A stretch of 60,001 nucleotides of DNA, counting the filler, from Sphacelaria rigidula (lineage: Eukaryota): the NCBI GenBank assembly GCA_964200075.2. It is 8 parts of 8 records of this genome, joined end to end, with 100 filler letters (N's around TTAATTAATTAA, not from the genome) between each part and the next. Parts side by side here need not be neighbours in the genome. Positions count along the whole stretch, not along the records: positions 1 to 7,413 come from CAXNAA020015039.1; positions 7,514 to 14,926 come from CAXNAA020015040.1; 6 more parts are not named here. One strand, written 5' to 3'. This document shows positions 1-12,619 of this stretch, in pieces. The notes below the pieces were generated by a model that saw nothing but the letters and a program-made list of their open reading frames with translations, searched no databases and was not told where the DNA came from. A program made the position numbers and the translations under genes. The stretch's first letter is position 1, and each line of letters opens with the position of its first letter.

Positions 1-231
1 AACTAACACTAACTTGGGCACTGTGTTTCGAGGATGATCTGTATTGCTGTACCAAAATCTACCGCCGCTAGCAATTCGACTTCTATCGAAGAGAAGTACG
101 CGAGTAAAACCCGAAAACGCCCCTAAATACTTATACCGCCCACTACTGTACTGTAGGTTCGCATCGGAATCCTTGGCCAGAAGTGTAGAGCCACGAGATT
201 TGAACATGGCAACGCGTACGGGTGGTCGTAC

Positions 232-3200
232 CTGAACTTGGCCCAGACGGGCTTCCGGAAGAAGAATACTTCTTGAGATGCAGTTTCGCATTCCGTCACG
301 TAGAACAGTGACCTCAGCTAACGCGGTGCAGGCACGAATGAGCCCCCGGATGCACATAGGCGGCGATCGGCCGTTGAATGAAACGGAACGAGAGAGTGAA
401 CGCCAAAACAAACGTGAGAAAGAGAGAAGTGAAATAGCGCGGCAGTAGAACACAATGATGCGCTTCAGAAAGCTCGTTGCTGCCCCTCGAAACCTTCAGC
501 AGTGTGTCAAGTATAGCTAGTGTCGCAGGGCTTAAAATGGGCTGGCTAAGATAGTCGCTAACTGATTGTTCCAGTCTTCACGATTGTAATTATTTTGGTC
601 CAAATTAAAGACATCCCAACGAGGAGCCAACGGGAGTCGGGAAGCACTTTGTAGCGTCATTTACCTCCGGCAGCCGACCTAACATATCTCATGCATACGC
701 CCAAGCAAGCAGACGGGTGGCAAGATGGTATCGCAAAGTACTTTAGCACCAAACAAGACGCACAAGTTTGTCAAATGAAGCATTCCACAGTCGCTCATGT
801 GACCCGCGAGGAATGAGCTCCAGAAACCACATCTGAGCGTTTTCCTACCAGGTCGTTCTTCTTGCTGCCGTCATAGCAACTATTCAAAAGGGACCTGTTC
901 ACCAAATACTGGTCATCACAATATATTGAGATACACGGAAGCATGCTCCTATTCATCACAAAACTCCTTCACCTAGCCCACAACCGAGCGGCTCTCATAC
1001 AACAAACATGGTTCGGGCACTTACTAGAGGCACTAAAAAGTCGTTGAACGTCCAGTATACCAACGCCTCTAGCAAATCCGTCCTCTTCGCGAGATCACTC
1101 GGCGGTAGCGGCCGTCCCCTCCTCCCTATCCCCCTCCGTCCCTCGCTCGCACGCCTCGCACTCCCTTTACTGTCACTGCCGCCACCGCCTCTTCGCTTTG
1201 GCCCCGTTTTTCTGTCCTGCAATGCCGTTGGAGCTCCGCTCCCGTCGTTATGTTGGCTGACAGCTGGTGCACTTCTGTCCTTTATCGTGCTACCACCCTC
1301 CCTACGCCGATCGCTCTTGCCACTAGTAAGACATGCGGGTACAGTTCCACTTTGATGCTGTTCTCCATCGCATTGCTGCCGCGCGTCGTTGCTCTCGTGT
1401 CGTTGCATGTCCAGTGGGGCCAGGTTGCATTGACCGTTGGTGTCTGTTCGTGTGTGAGCGGCCGTTTTCTTGTTATGTGTGTGGGGGGATATTGGCGACA
1501 TCCACTCTAGATCCGACGTTCTCATCCCCGCCGTCACCTGCTCAAAATCGGCGCCGTGAAGGTGTAGCCAATCTTCAATGCGTGGATTACCGTATGTGAT
1601 GGGTTTCACGATCAAGTAGTGTGTATATCGGGGTGTCGTTGTACTGCATGTGTTCGGTATGTATAGGAGCGCTGGGGTGAGATCGAGGCTCGAAAAATAC
1701 GAACCCGGGTGTACTCATGAGTAGAAGTGTGGTCATGTTTTCTCGACTTCTAATACATACGAGCCACCGTGTGATGACTGGCGGGAAAGGGTGCGATGAG
1801 CTAAAATGCGAGTATTCACCGATTTCAGGGATAAGCGGGTGCGACAACACGCATGTACTGCGCGATTTCAACGGAACGAAGGATTCGTGAGCGGTCCTAA
1901 ATTCAAGACCCAATCCCTTGATCCACTCGCCCCTGTTGTGTGAAAAAAAGTACAGACGCGTGAAGTAGTCGGCAGATAGTCCCTAGTTGGGAACACTCAC
2001 ACCTCGTCGTGTTCTTCGGTCACCTCTGGTGTGTGTATGTGTGCGCGCGGGGGGGGGTGCGTGCGTGCGTGTGTGTGTGTATGTGTGTGTGTGTGTGTGT
2101 GTCCTTTCCCCGAATCTCGTCCACGACCGATGCATCTGACCACTGCAACAGTGCCGTGTATGTTCAGTCTATGTAGACGGTGTGGACGACTAACCTCGAG
2201 CACCGTCATGTTCTCGTGACGCCTGAGCACGACGAAACGCTCTACAGCCTTGAACAGGCACACCATATTCCGCTTGGACCCCCACAGCGCCGTAGGAAAC
2301 ACCTGCAGTACAACGGTTACGCGCTATTCAAGACGGAGCTATTAATATGGAAAGGGCGCGTGGATGACTGACACGATTCTGGCCTTGCCACTACAAAAAA
2401 CGGCCTGTGTTGGGCACCCTTGGAAGGGAGACGCAGAGTTTAACGCACCGACACTGATATATACCTTGCCGTGCAGTACGGACGGGCGGGTGACTTGTGC
2501 GCAGTTTGAGGTCGTGAGAGTTGTGATGGTTTATGTACGCTTGCAAGTCGGTTCTGCTACACGGGAGTGATTCATCTGCCGAAAAACAAAGTAAAGAACC
2601 AGTCCACCAAGCACATATAACATGGGATTTACAAATTGCGGATGGATTTTGCTTCGAGGATGATGAACCTTGGAAACCTTCACAAGCACCGAAACAATTT
2701 CGAAGAACAACGCAAGTGCACCCTCCGGCCGTGAGGCGAGGCCTCGCTCATCCTCAGAAGTAAATCCTTCCGCAATTTGTGCAATCTTGTGTTGACAGCG
2801 GAGTCTGAAAAATGGGAACGATCTTATTGTACGGGAATGAACGAGCAGATCGAAACCGTTCAGAATAAGCACGGGATTTTACAAATTGCAGATGCATTTG
2901 TTTTTAGAATGAGCAAGGCCACGCATCACGGCCGGAGAACGTGTTTGCAGCGTTTTTCGAAAATAGTTCGGTGCTTGTGGAGGTTTCCACGGCTCATCCT
3001 CAAACAACAGTCGTCCGCAATGTGCAAAATCCCGTGTTGAACGTCTGGAACGGACGTTCGCAACCATAGTCACCGTCGAGGAAAATGACAGTCAGGGGAC
3101 GCTTGCTACTTCGGCATGTTCATGCCACAAACTTCAACTCCAGTAGTTGGAAGGTAATGTTTTTTTCTCACTCTGTGACAAGCTTGGCACAGGAAATCCA

Positions 3201-6200
3201 CAACTTGACGGTGAGCTGAAGCCATCTCGATGAAGTTGCAGTCCGCCCCAAACTCCACCGGGCGACTTGCCGTCGCTGCTTCAGTGCTTGGCGAGATTGC
3301 TTCTGTGCGAGGCAAGCGGGCGCACAATAGATTCGTGGGTGAAGCGTGTTGTGCCAGCGGTAAAAGGGGGCCAATAGGGACTTTTCGAGGGCCATACGGA
3401 CGGATATTTGTTGTGTTGCAAAGCAGACGAAAAGAAAATATTTCTTCAATTCAAAAACAATTGCCGGTATGCTATACCTGAAGAAAAAAATCGCAGGAAC
3501 GGTTCCGTACCAACGTACGACAAACACACAAAAACACAGGACCTGTCTCCGCCACCCTCATCAACCCCTCGCTTGCCACACAAGCGCGTGCTATGCAATC
3601 TTGAGCAAACAACTAGCGGCGAGCAAACAGCCATACCTCGATACCTTACATTGATCACCTTTGGCGTTGCACAAGTCGCGGTGATTTCCGTCAACGCTGC
3701 ATTCCTCTTGCTCGTCGACGCAATTCATCAATCCATCGTTTTCCGCCCCTACATCCAAGACCGTTACTTCCGAGGCCCCGTCATCGTGCTCGCTTGAGGC
3801 TACGGAATCAGTCGCGATGCCGCTGACCGCTCCCTGCACGTGATACCAGACAAACATCCGATTTAGAGCTTCAAAGATCATGACACACTGTCAGGGCTAC
3901 GCGCTTGCGAAGTAGTCTCTGACGCTGTGCTGTAAACGGTGTATGCCGGACGAAAAAAACAGCTAGCAATATGTCATGCCATAGATCGGACTAGATGTAG
4001 GCGGACGCAATACTTGTGCGTTGACCCTCCCACAGAAGTTCAGACGCACACAGCCAAAAGGACCAGGCTGATGAGTGCTAACGACAGGGTTGTTGGTCCT
4101 CACCGTAACAGTACGAAGGCACGCCAACCACGAAGCTGCCTAGAAACGTGAGGAACAGGTTCTGACGTGTTTCCATTTCATGGCCTCATCCGAGCTTATC
4201 ATAGATCGGCCGATTGCCATGTTGTAAAACGCTCAACAAGCCCGAGCTGCACATACCGAATGCAATCAGCAGCCATGGCAAAATTACCCGTTCAAGGGGA
4301 CAAAAAAGTACGGCATCTGCTCGAGCAGCGGCAACACACAAAGTCATCCTCCAGGATAGCGACTGCGACCAGGCAGCTCACCTGATATCCGCCAGTCCCA
4401 ACGCTCCGCTCGGCACCGTGGTCGACACTCCAACGCCGTCTCCGCTTAGCAGGTCTCTCCCATTCTGCTTCCACATAATCTCTAATATCCTCCCCATCGT
4501 GTCCACCGTCAACATCGAGAGACACCTTGTCGCGGTGATCCATGTGTGCTGCTTCAGTCGGCGTCGGTAGAGATGACGATGAGACGGAATACTGAAACGC
4601 TACGTCATCTCCAACGGATGCGCAATCACTCCCTGCCGCATCCTCTTGCCCCATTTCCCCTCGCACCTCGCCATCGCCCCTACCATCAATATCGTCGCCC
4701 TGCGAGAACAACATAGCCGAAGACGTCTGTCCCTCGAAACCCATGTCTTTCTCGGTCGACGTCTTGGACACAGCCGTCTCCTGCGACGCAAATATATTGA
4801 ACGCCGTCGGCGGCACGAACGTGTCCCATTTATCTTCGTCGCCGACGGGAGGGGTACCGCCGTTTGTCGGAAGGGTACCGACCCCGTCGTTACCACCCAG
4901 TCGCCCCCTTGTTGTCGCGCTTTCCCCCACGCGAGACTGTGAGCATCGTTTCCTGCTGCTACGAAGCCCGGCAGGCAGAGGGCAGTGTACCTCTAATAAT
5001 CTCCCGAAGTTGCAACGGCTCGCTCTCTGCATCATTTCTTCGAACATGGGTAATGCGCGGCGTAACCGCTTCGGCAGTTTATGACGGCCCGCACCCGACT
5101 TCGTTCCCCCGCGCGCGGCCTCTCTCCTGTGCCCGTTTTGTCCAAAACTATCGGCTCCAGGACTCTGCTTTTTCGCAGCGGTCTGCCGACAAAACACGTC
5201 CATCAGTAGACAGCAAGCGGCTTTCCTATCTTCGCTAGCTTTTGCATTTTGCTGCGAAATTCCCTTGCTGGATGAGTCGTTCTCATCCTCATGTTGAGCG
5301 GAATTGAGACCCCGTGGAGTAGGATTGGAGAAAGCTGGTACAGCTGCAGTGCGGGTGCTGTGGAAACTGGGGTTGAGGGGATGTCCTCGCGGGAGTCCGG
5401 CTTTCCTTTTACAGTAGCAACGAGGTGGCGGCAAGGTACGGTTCATGCGCGGTTTGCCCTGCGTCGCTCCATGGAAAATGACACGCTGCCGTGGCGTGGC
5501 ACGCAACAGGCCCATCACAATTTGCATGAGTATAACGTACACGTATCTTTTCAACGTCAAAACCTTGCATGGGTGGCCGGCGGCATTCGTGCCAGTACTT
5601 TCCGCTCTAGTATGACATATTCAGGCTTGGCAGCTTGTCATGATACTGCTAGAAACAGGAGAGGTCGAAACGAACGGAATCGTTCTCCCACCTAACACTT
5701 GCACCTCCTCACTTGCATGTTCAACGTCACGGTAACCCTCAACATGTCCACAAACAACAAGCCGCCGCTCACCTCACAAACGTGCTCGAGTAGAATATAC
5801 GATGCCGTGGAAGCAACACCAAGGGCGCCGTCCGACCTCGCTTCTTCACGGTAGCACGTACCGCGCTTCCAGGCCGGCACTCCTTATCAGTACCCAGTGG
5901 CACTCCGGGGTCAAATAAGACACCAGGCACTCGGGTGGTATCACTCCCTCGATCTCTAGCTGTTGAGGCTGCAGCAGTTGGCACGTTTAGAGCAGACGAA
6001 TCGGATCCTGGCCTGCTGCCCTGTGCTACGCTCCCCCCGGAAGTTGCTGCACTTGGCTGGGGCTCTCCATCGCCATGGGATCCCATGTTTCCTCGCGGCC
6101 GGGGATGATCCACTATGCTGGACTTACCTGAGCCACAATTGCCAGAAGTTGAGTTTTTTCGCTTGTTTTGGCCCTGGGTGTTTGTGCTCCTTAGGGAGGC

Positions 6201-9200
6201 AACGCCGCCTGAAGAATTAAGAGTGGTGGCCGATGTAAGACCTAGGTGGCGACAAATGTCGGGCACCGGGCGTCCAGCCAGCTGGGATTTGAAGACAAGG
6301 AACGGAAGAAAATGAGACCAAGAGACGGAAGCAGAACAGAGATGGGCTATGTTGCGTCGTGTGGCAAGATATAAGCTGACAAGCAGTCGCGAGGGGTCGA
6401 ACATGAGGGGTGTACCGTACGTGGGTTGCAATTCAGAGTACAGCATGCGAGAAATACTGCCTGGCAGCACGCTCACGTCTCGCGAGAGAATCTGAACTGC
6501 ATGCATACGGGGCGATCACTTTTTTAGGAATTCAGTTCTCGGTGAAAAATGCTGAGAACCAAGGCAGTTTACGCATGCACTAGTGGCGGCGGAAAATGCA
6601 GCACAAGCGTGCTGGTAATTGCAGTTTATCGGGTTCACACTCCGTCGAAACTATTGATCAGTGAATATCAACTGAAAACTAGAAAACGCCTACCGCACTT
6701 TAGTACCGAAAACAAAATGAAAATGCCCAGCTGTGCAAGTAGGGGGCTCTATTCTGACCTTACCGGGATCGCCAAGCGTACACATATACATCGTGTCTTG
6801 ACGCCACTTTCCAGTAATTATACCCTTGAGTTCTCACACCTGCATGTAGCACCGATTGGGCATGCGCAGCAGCAGAGTATGCTGTCGCAATAGAGCGAAC
6901 ATGAGATCGTCTCCTATTCTAGACAGCAGCAGCTCCCAAGGGCGGGACCGGATGATGTTCACCGTCGTGTTGGGGAAGGCGCACGCCACACCGTGTACGC
7001 TCAGCAGCTCGCTGCTTGCCTGCGGCCCCGCTACACGGCAGCCGAGGGAGAGAACATTACGCCGTGGGTCGCCGCCCTGGGCCGCGTAGAAGCCGCCAGT
7101 CGTGCCGCTGCCCTTTTGGTGGCGAGGAAGCGCGGTTCAAAATACCGAAGATCGGAACAAACGTTTGTGTGGTTTGTAGAATGGAGCGCTAGTCTGGGTC
7201 GCATTCCGTACGGAACGAGGTGTGGAGTTGGCTCATGAAGCAAAAAATAATAATAATGAAGCGAACTTGCGACTTTTATACCTGTGGGTACGTTGTTTCA
7301 GTACAGTACGATTTTCAAGCGCCCACAGTCCGTTCCCCGTCCTCCGACGAAGGTCATGACCGGTCTTGTCGGTAAGGCGTGGGGAGGGTCTTTTCGGCGG
7401 GTGTAGGGCCGAANNNNNNNNNNNNNNNNNNNNNNNNNNNNNNNNNNNNNNNNNNNNTTAATTAATTAANNNNNNNNNNNNNNNNNNNNNNNNNNNNNNN
7501 NNNNNNNNNNNNNAGTTTCTAAAGTACGGGGGAGAGGAAATGATCACCATGATGGTCATACTGTATAACTGGATCTGGGAGAACGAGTACACGCCCAAGA
7601 GGTGGAGAGAAGGAGTAGTCGTCAACATTTTCAAAAAAAGGAGACAAGACTGACCCAGGGAACTACAGAGGCATGACGCTACTGAGCACGGCAGGGTAAA
7701 CATTCTGTAAAATTGTGAGCGATAGAGTAGGAACGATGCTTGAAAAGCAAGAGAAAATCAGCGACGGACAAGCAGGATTCAGACCAAACCGTAGTTGCGT
7801 AGACCATGTGTATACACTAAGTAAGATTATTCGGGGTAGGAAAGACACCGGGCGGACAATGTACTGTTTCTTTCTGGACGTGCGAAAGGCTTGTGACAGT
7901 ATGGAGAAATGGGTTGTGGAAAAAGTTGTGGGAAGTTGGGATCAGAGGAAAGATGTGGAGACTGGTGAAGGAAGATGACAGAATGTGCCAAAAGTGCCCA
8001 TGATGCTAGACGATAAAATATCGAAATACTTGGATATCTTGAAAGGAGTTGCACAAGGATGTACATTATCACCCACTCCGTTCAAGGTATTTATTAATGA
8101 TCAGATTGTAGCATGAGAAGCAGAAAATCAAGGGATCAAGGTGGGTAAATATATGGTATCAGGATTGATGTTCGCGGATGATTTTGTGTGGGGATTTCAG
8201 AAACACCGGAAGGATTACAGAAACAGATTGGCAAGGCGCTAGAATACACTAGGAAATGGAGAGTGACAGCGANNNNNNNNNNTGTAACGAAGATAAGAAA
8301 AATCCGGTAGGGTTCGAATGGAAGTGGGGAGAAGAGGAATTGCCGATCGTAGACCAGTATACATACCTTGGTGTAGAGTTATCAAGAAACTGTTCTTGGG
8401 ATGCACATATAAACAAAGTAATAGAAAAGGGTAAGGTACAGATAGGCAGGATGGACGTGATCCTCAGAGACCCGCACCTAGCCACTAGGATCAAGGCATG
8501 TATCCTGATGAACGTGATCGTACCAAGGCTGAAATATGCAGGAGAAGTATGGGAGGGGAACGCGACATTGGTGGAGAAGCTGAAAACAGTACAGATGGCA
8601 GCAGCTACGAAATACTTGGATGCTCGAAAACGACCAGTAATACAGTTTTGAGAGCAGAGTTGAGAATGTACTCACTGAAAACAAACAGAGACATGAGGAA
8701 ATTGCGATGGCAATATAGCGCAAAGAGCATGCAGAGATTGACAGGTATAGCTGATAACACTGTATGGAAGAAAAGTACGAAAGAGCAGGCTTGAATAAGG
8801 TGAAATAAAGAAGTCGAGGAAAATATGGAAGGAGATAGGAGGAAACCAAGACCAAATACTGTCCATAGATGAAGGCGGGGGGGTACAAGACAACAGTAAG
8901 AGACATTATAGGAACAAGGGGAAAAGGAGCGCTCAGACGCAAAGTAGATGAGGAAGAACACGTGGAGATATACTGGTGGTTGAAAGAGGTTATAGGGACG
9001 AAAACATACTTGCATGGCCAAATGGACGCGGCGAAAAAAGTGAAACTGCGAGTCCGAGTGGGGGATCTGGACCTGCCAGAAAGAAGAAAGATTTACCAGT
9101 CTTCGAAAAGAGGAAAAAGTAGACGGGCAGAATTGCCCCTGTGGCAAAGGAATAGAGAGCAGAAGTCATGTAGTGGCAGAGTGTGAATTAGACAAGGAGG

Positions 9201-10197
9201 GACGGGACGTGCTAGAGGGGGAAATGCGGGACGTGAACGAAGGTGGGATGAAATTGCTTGATGCATTAGACAGTACATAAAAAACGATGGCTATACTAGG
9301 AGATAGCTGGTGGCCAAAGAAGGCGAAACGGGACGAGGATAAGATATGTAAAAAGTTTTCGTGTAATGTATGGAGAAGAGGTAATGAGCATCCAGATGTT
9401 GGAAGTGTCTTCATTAGGAGTAGGAACGGTGCCCCGTCTCGAAAGGGGTGCGTTGTCAAGTGTCGAGCGACCAAGGCAAGCAACAAATGAGGGCCCCCTC
9501 CCCCCTTCGAAAGGAGAAGGAGGGGGGTGCTTTCAAGGCTCGGAGCATCCTTCCCTGTCATCATCGTAATTTTTAATAGAGGTGAGAGAGATATCTGCCA
9601 CCGATCTGTGGTCCGGTGGCGACAATGCTGGGGAACTAACGCACCTATTCCCGCTCCGTCAGCCCGGGCAACTTAGAGCCTGCCTCTGTCATTGCAGGCA
9701 ATAAAATTGCTAACGCACTTGTGTTTGATTGTTGCATGTATTCACAGTGAAGTAGACTGACCGCGCTGTTTGCTCCCCTGACGCTCGTTCGTCTTTCCCT
9801 CATGCCGCCCCGTTTGATCCGGTCTCGTCGTGTTGCCTGCGCAGGATTGGAGCATTCCAAGAAAATTCTTGCCGTACAGTCGACCACATCTACCCGACCC
9901 TATGCAGAACAGCTAGATTCGTACCGTGTAGCGCAGAATCATGCCGTTGACTACGCCGTGGAGGCGAACAGGGAACCTCCTCACGCCGTTAGAGGGCGGG
10001 TGCCCAGCAGGCGAAGCCCATCAAGTGGCCAAGGTGCGTACTGAATAGACGGATGCGGGGCCGAGATGTTGGTGCTTGCATACGACGACGCCGATATGGT
10101 GCGGATTATCAAGGCGCATGAGCAAAGAGAGCGAACGGATGAACTCCGATAGCTCGACAAAATGTTTCATCCCAAGGGCCGAAGCTCGTAAGACCAT
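232..10197 (-). CDS. TERT: Telomerase reverse transcriptase (TERT), 5' part; continues beyond window start. Exons: 10042-10197, 9762-9899, 6840-7112, 5773-6281, 4382-5405, 3659-3833, 3172-3302, 2195-2302, 1025-1537, 232-317
   Basis: Phase-compatible GT-AG splicing gives one frame containing the TEN/GQ motif (NVLSLG...NTTVNIIRSRPWELLLSRIGDDLMFALL...CYMQ|LAGRP), the linker motif LPRHRIFYSSTFVR|KAGLP, the CP motif (FGRLLEVHCPLP), the QFP region (HRQVVDFLCQACHR|VFPTALWGSKRN...VERFVVLRRHE) and the T motif (LVYWTFNDFLVPL|LRSLFYVTE...FFFRKPVW). The ATG at 10197 sits in a gccgccATGG context. The two 5'-most exons lie across a contig linker and are less certain. Confidence 0.95.
2028..2102. repeat. 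(GT)n/(GCGT)n microsatellite in TERT intron
   Basis: Directly visible dinucleotide run. Confidence 0.9.
2618..3040. mobile_element. Two inverted copies of a ~175-bp TIR element (MITE pair) in a TERT intron
   Basis: 2618-2795 and 2866-3040 are diverged reverse complements; the ORF-track peptides FEDDEPWKPSQAPKQFRRT and FEDEPWKPPQAPNYFRKT lie on opposite strands. Each copy has its own TIRs (ggatttacaaattgcgga / tccgcaatttgtgcaatc). Confidence 0.75.
7414..7514. other. Artificial contig linker N-TTAATTAATTAA-N (also ~14927-15027, 22440-22539, 29953-30052, 37466-37565, 44978-45077, 52490-52589)
   Basis: An identical six-frame-stop spacer embedded in N runs recurs seven times. Confidence 0.95.
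7515..9490 (+). mobile_element. Decayed non-LTR retrotransposon (LINE) ORF2: RT domain and C-terminus, antisense inside TERT intron 2
   Basis: Frameshifted RT motifs QAGFRPNRSCVDHV, CFFLDVRKA, GVAQGCTLSP, MFADD and YTYLGV, a CPCG...HVVAEC C-terminal Zn-like motif, and multiple stops. The 5' end is cut by a linker. Confidence 0.9.
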
Positions 10198-10599
10198 GGC
10201 GGCGCGTGCACTGCGCCAAGTTGATCGGGTGTTGTAGCAGGTCCGACCCCCAAACTGCCTCAAGAAAAGCTTGCGAATGCTCGAGGCGTCTACCCCACAT
10301 GACTGCCGTGAAGCAGTCTGGCCGAGCCTCCGGGTAATCGGCCACACGAACCTGCTTGCGGGGTAAGCATTGGATCAGGTTTTTTCCTTTCGTGAAAAAA
10401 AGTTCCATCCCACGATGACGATGGTCCTTCCCCGAGGGCCAGGTTTACAGAGCATGTGCGGAATAACCTCGCCACCGGTACTTTTAAGCCAGCACTACTC
10501 GACAACAGTACTGGACCCTTGATGGCGATGCACGGGGCTAGAATATCACCTGCCTGAGCAGCTTCACGCCAACGGCTTCGGCAGGAGTAGGAGAGCACA

Positions 10600-11907
10600 T
10601 TGGGAGGGAAAGGGGAGGGAGGGCTGCGACTACGGCGGCCGACGGGCGCGGGTCTGTGGCTGCTACGGCCCTCTTGTGTGGGCGCCGCCAGTGAGCGGCC
10701 AGACGGGCCGGTTCAGGGGTTCTGCGTCGCAGCGCTTACGAGGGGGGCGAAGTGGGGGGGTGGGGGGGTGGGGGGTGTACTCGTGATCTTGCACGCCGTA
10801 GTCTTACAAAGCCGTGACGGAGCACGCCGGGTTTTCGCCGGACCAAGCTCGGGGAGAAAGGCTGCCGGTGTGGGTATGTTGGACAGTAGGGCGACAGGAA
10901 CCGCCGGGAAATCTGCGGCGGCGGTGGCAGGCGAACGAAGGGGCCGCAGAGCGGCGGCGGTGATGGCGCACGCTGCGGGCTGAGGGGGCAAGCCCTGCAG
11001 TCAGATGTAGCAGTGGTGCTGAGCGAACTTCGGGAGGGGAGTCGTGGCCGCAGCGGCGGTAGCAGTGACAGGCGCGAGTGTTGTTGGCGGCGGGCTGGCG
11101 GTGGCGGCCCGCCGGTCGAATACAGTAGCGGTACCAGGCGGGTGGGGTTGGGGGGAAGGGCGGCAATACCGCCGGTGGCGGCAACTACGACGGGCGGGCG
11201 TGTCGACGAGTGGTCTGCCAGGGACGGCCCCGCGGACATACCTCGCGGCGGTGACAGGCGAGTGACCAAGCGGGGTGGCGCCACTCCGGCGCCGACGATG
11301 GCGCTACAAGCTGGTGTTGGGCGCCCACGCGGGGTTCAGCAGCTCCACCATCCTATCTTGCGGCATCGACAGGCGGCGAGAGGGGGGGTGGCGGCGGCGG
11401 CGGCAGTAGAAGCATATCTGCGAAGTATGGTACTGCCCGACCCTTTTAGTCGTGACTCGCTACCCAATCCGTTGTGTTGGCGTCATGACAGTGGATCTGA
11501 CGGGGGTATTTCTCAATGGAGGGGCGGATCCATGGCGAATCATGGAAGGGGCGAGGAGAATGAAGCGAGCAACGCGTTGGAGGCAGCTCTATAATTTATG
11601 GTGGGAAGTCGTGCTGGAGCGACGGCGGGATGGTGGGGCGGGGGGAAGGAGAGGGGGGGGAGGGGGGGGGGGGGGATCGGATGCGGGAATATATATTACC
11701 AGTCGTAATTGTCGCAATGGTAGACCAAATGCGCCCATCAGCGGCGCGTCGATGCATTCAGTCGGGATCTGGGTTGGAGATTCATATTCCGAGCGGGTCG
11801 GAGAGGAGTCAGCAAAGGAAGTGGGAAATGACCATGATGATGATTTCGCGTGTCGATCGAGCCTGCTGAGATATTTGGAGATCGCCTGCCATCCGATGCG
11901 CTTTTAG
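10600..11907 (+). pseudogene. GC-rich, frameshifted coding-like segment divergent from TERT; product unknown
   Basis: Consecutive ORF pieces with protein-like cores (AVEAYLRSMVLPDPF; SNALEAAL/YNLWWEVVLERRR across an apparent frameshift at ~11590; SSLLRYLEIACHPMRF). No recognised family. Confidence 0.3.
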
Positions 11908-12619
11908 ACCGCATCTCACACGTTCCAACACCCCCTCCCTACCTAGATGACACCATTTCCATACACACAGCAGATGCAGAGAGAAATCAAGTTTCTCTCC
12001 GTAGCTAAGACACACGATAACCACTCCTCGAGGTTTTGGTAGCGCAGACCCTTGCTGTAGATAAAACGAGGTGAAGTAACGGCAATCTAATGCATAGAGT
12101 GCACTATTCCGTGAGTCTAGTGGTGCGATCTTTGACTTGAACGATTGTTGGCTAGTTGTATGTATCTGTAGAGTTTAGGCCTGCTGACTCTCGTACAGTG
12201 CCAGTTATCATCGATTGCACCTCGAACAGGTATATTCGAAACTGGCTTTTTGGCTTGTACAATTGTCGCAACCTGTCTCAGCTGCATTGGGAAGGGTATC
12301 TATCGCTGATTTGTGAGCTTTACTAGGTAGAATTCAGTCAGACTTCGTCGAGGACATAGCTTTCGAGACACACTGGAATCTCGTATCGGCATCATTGCGA
12401 TTTTGAGTTTTTCCAACTCCGTTGAATCTGTCGAGCCTTATTTCTGGCAGCGTGGCGAAAAACTTGATCCTAGTTCTGGCGTTACACTGTACAGTATCTA
12501 GTGTCTGTACGCCACAATAGATAGAGCACAGTTATGTGTACCTGTGGTGCCAGCTTTTGGGAAATATATATCGTCAATTTGTGTGTTGGATTATGTAAAG
12601 TTGAACAGGTCTTCTTAAC

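Noticed and set aside
4066..4125. CTGATGA hammerhead ribozyme core
   Set aside because: No correctly placed GAAA and stems at this or the other CTGANGA sites inspected.
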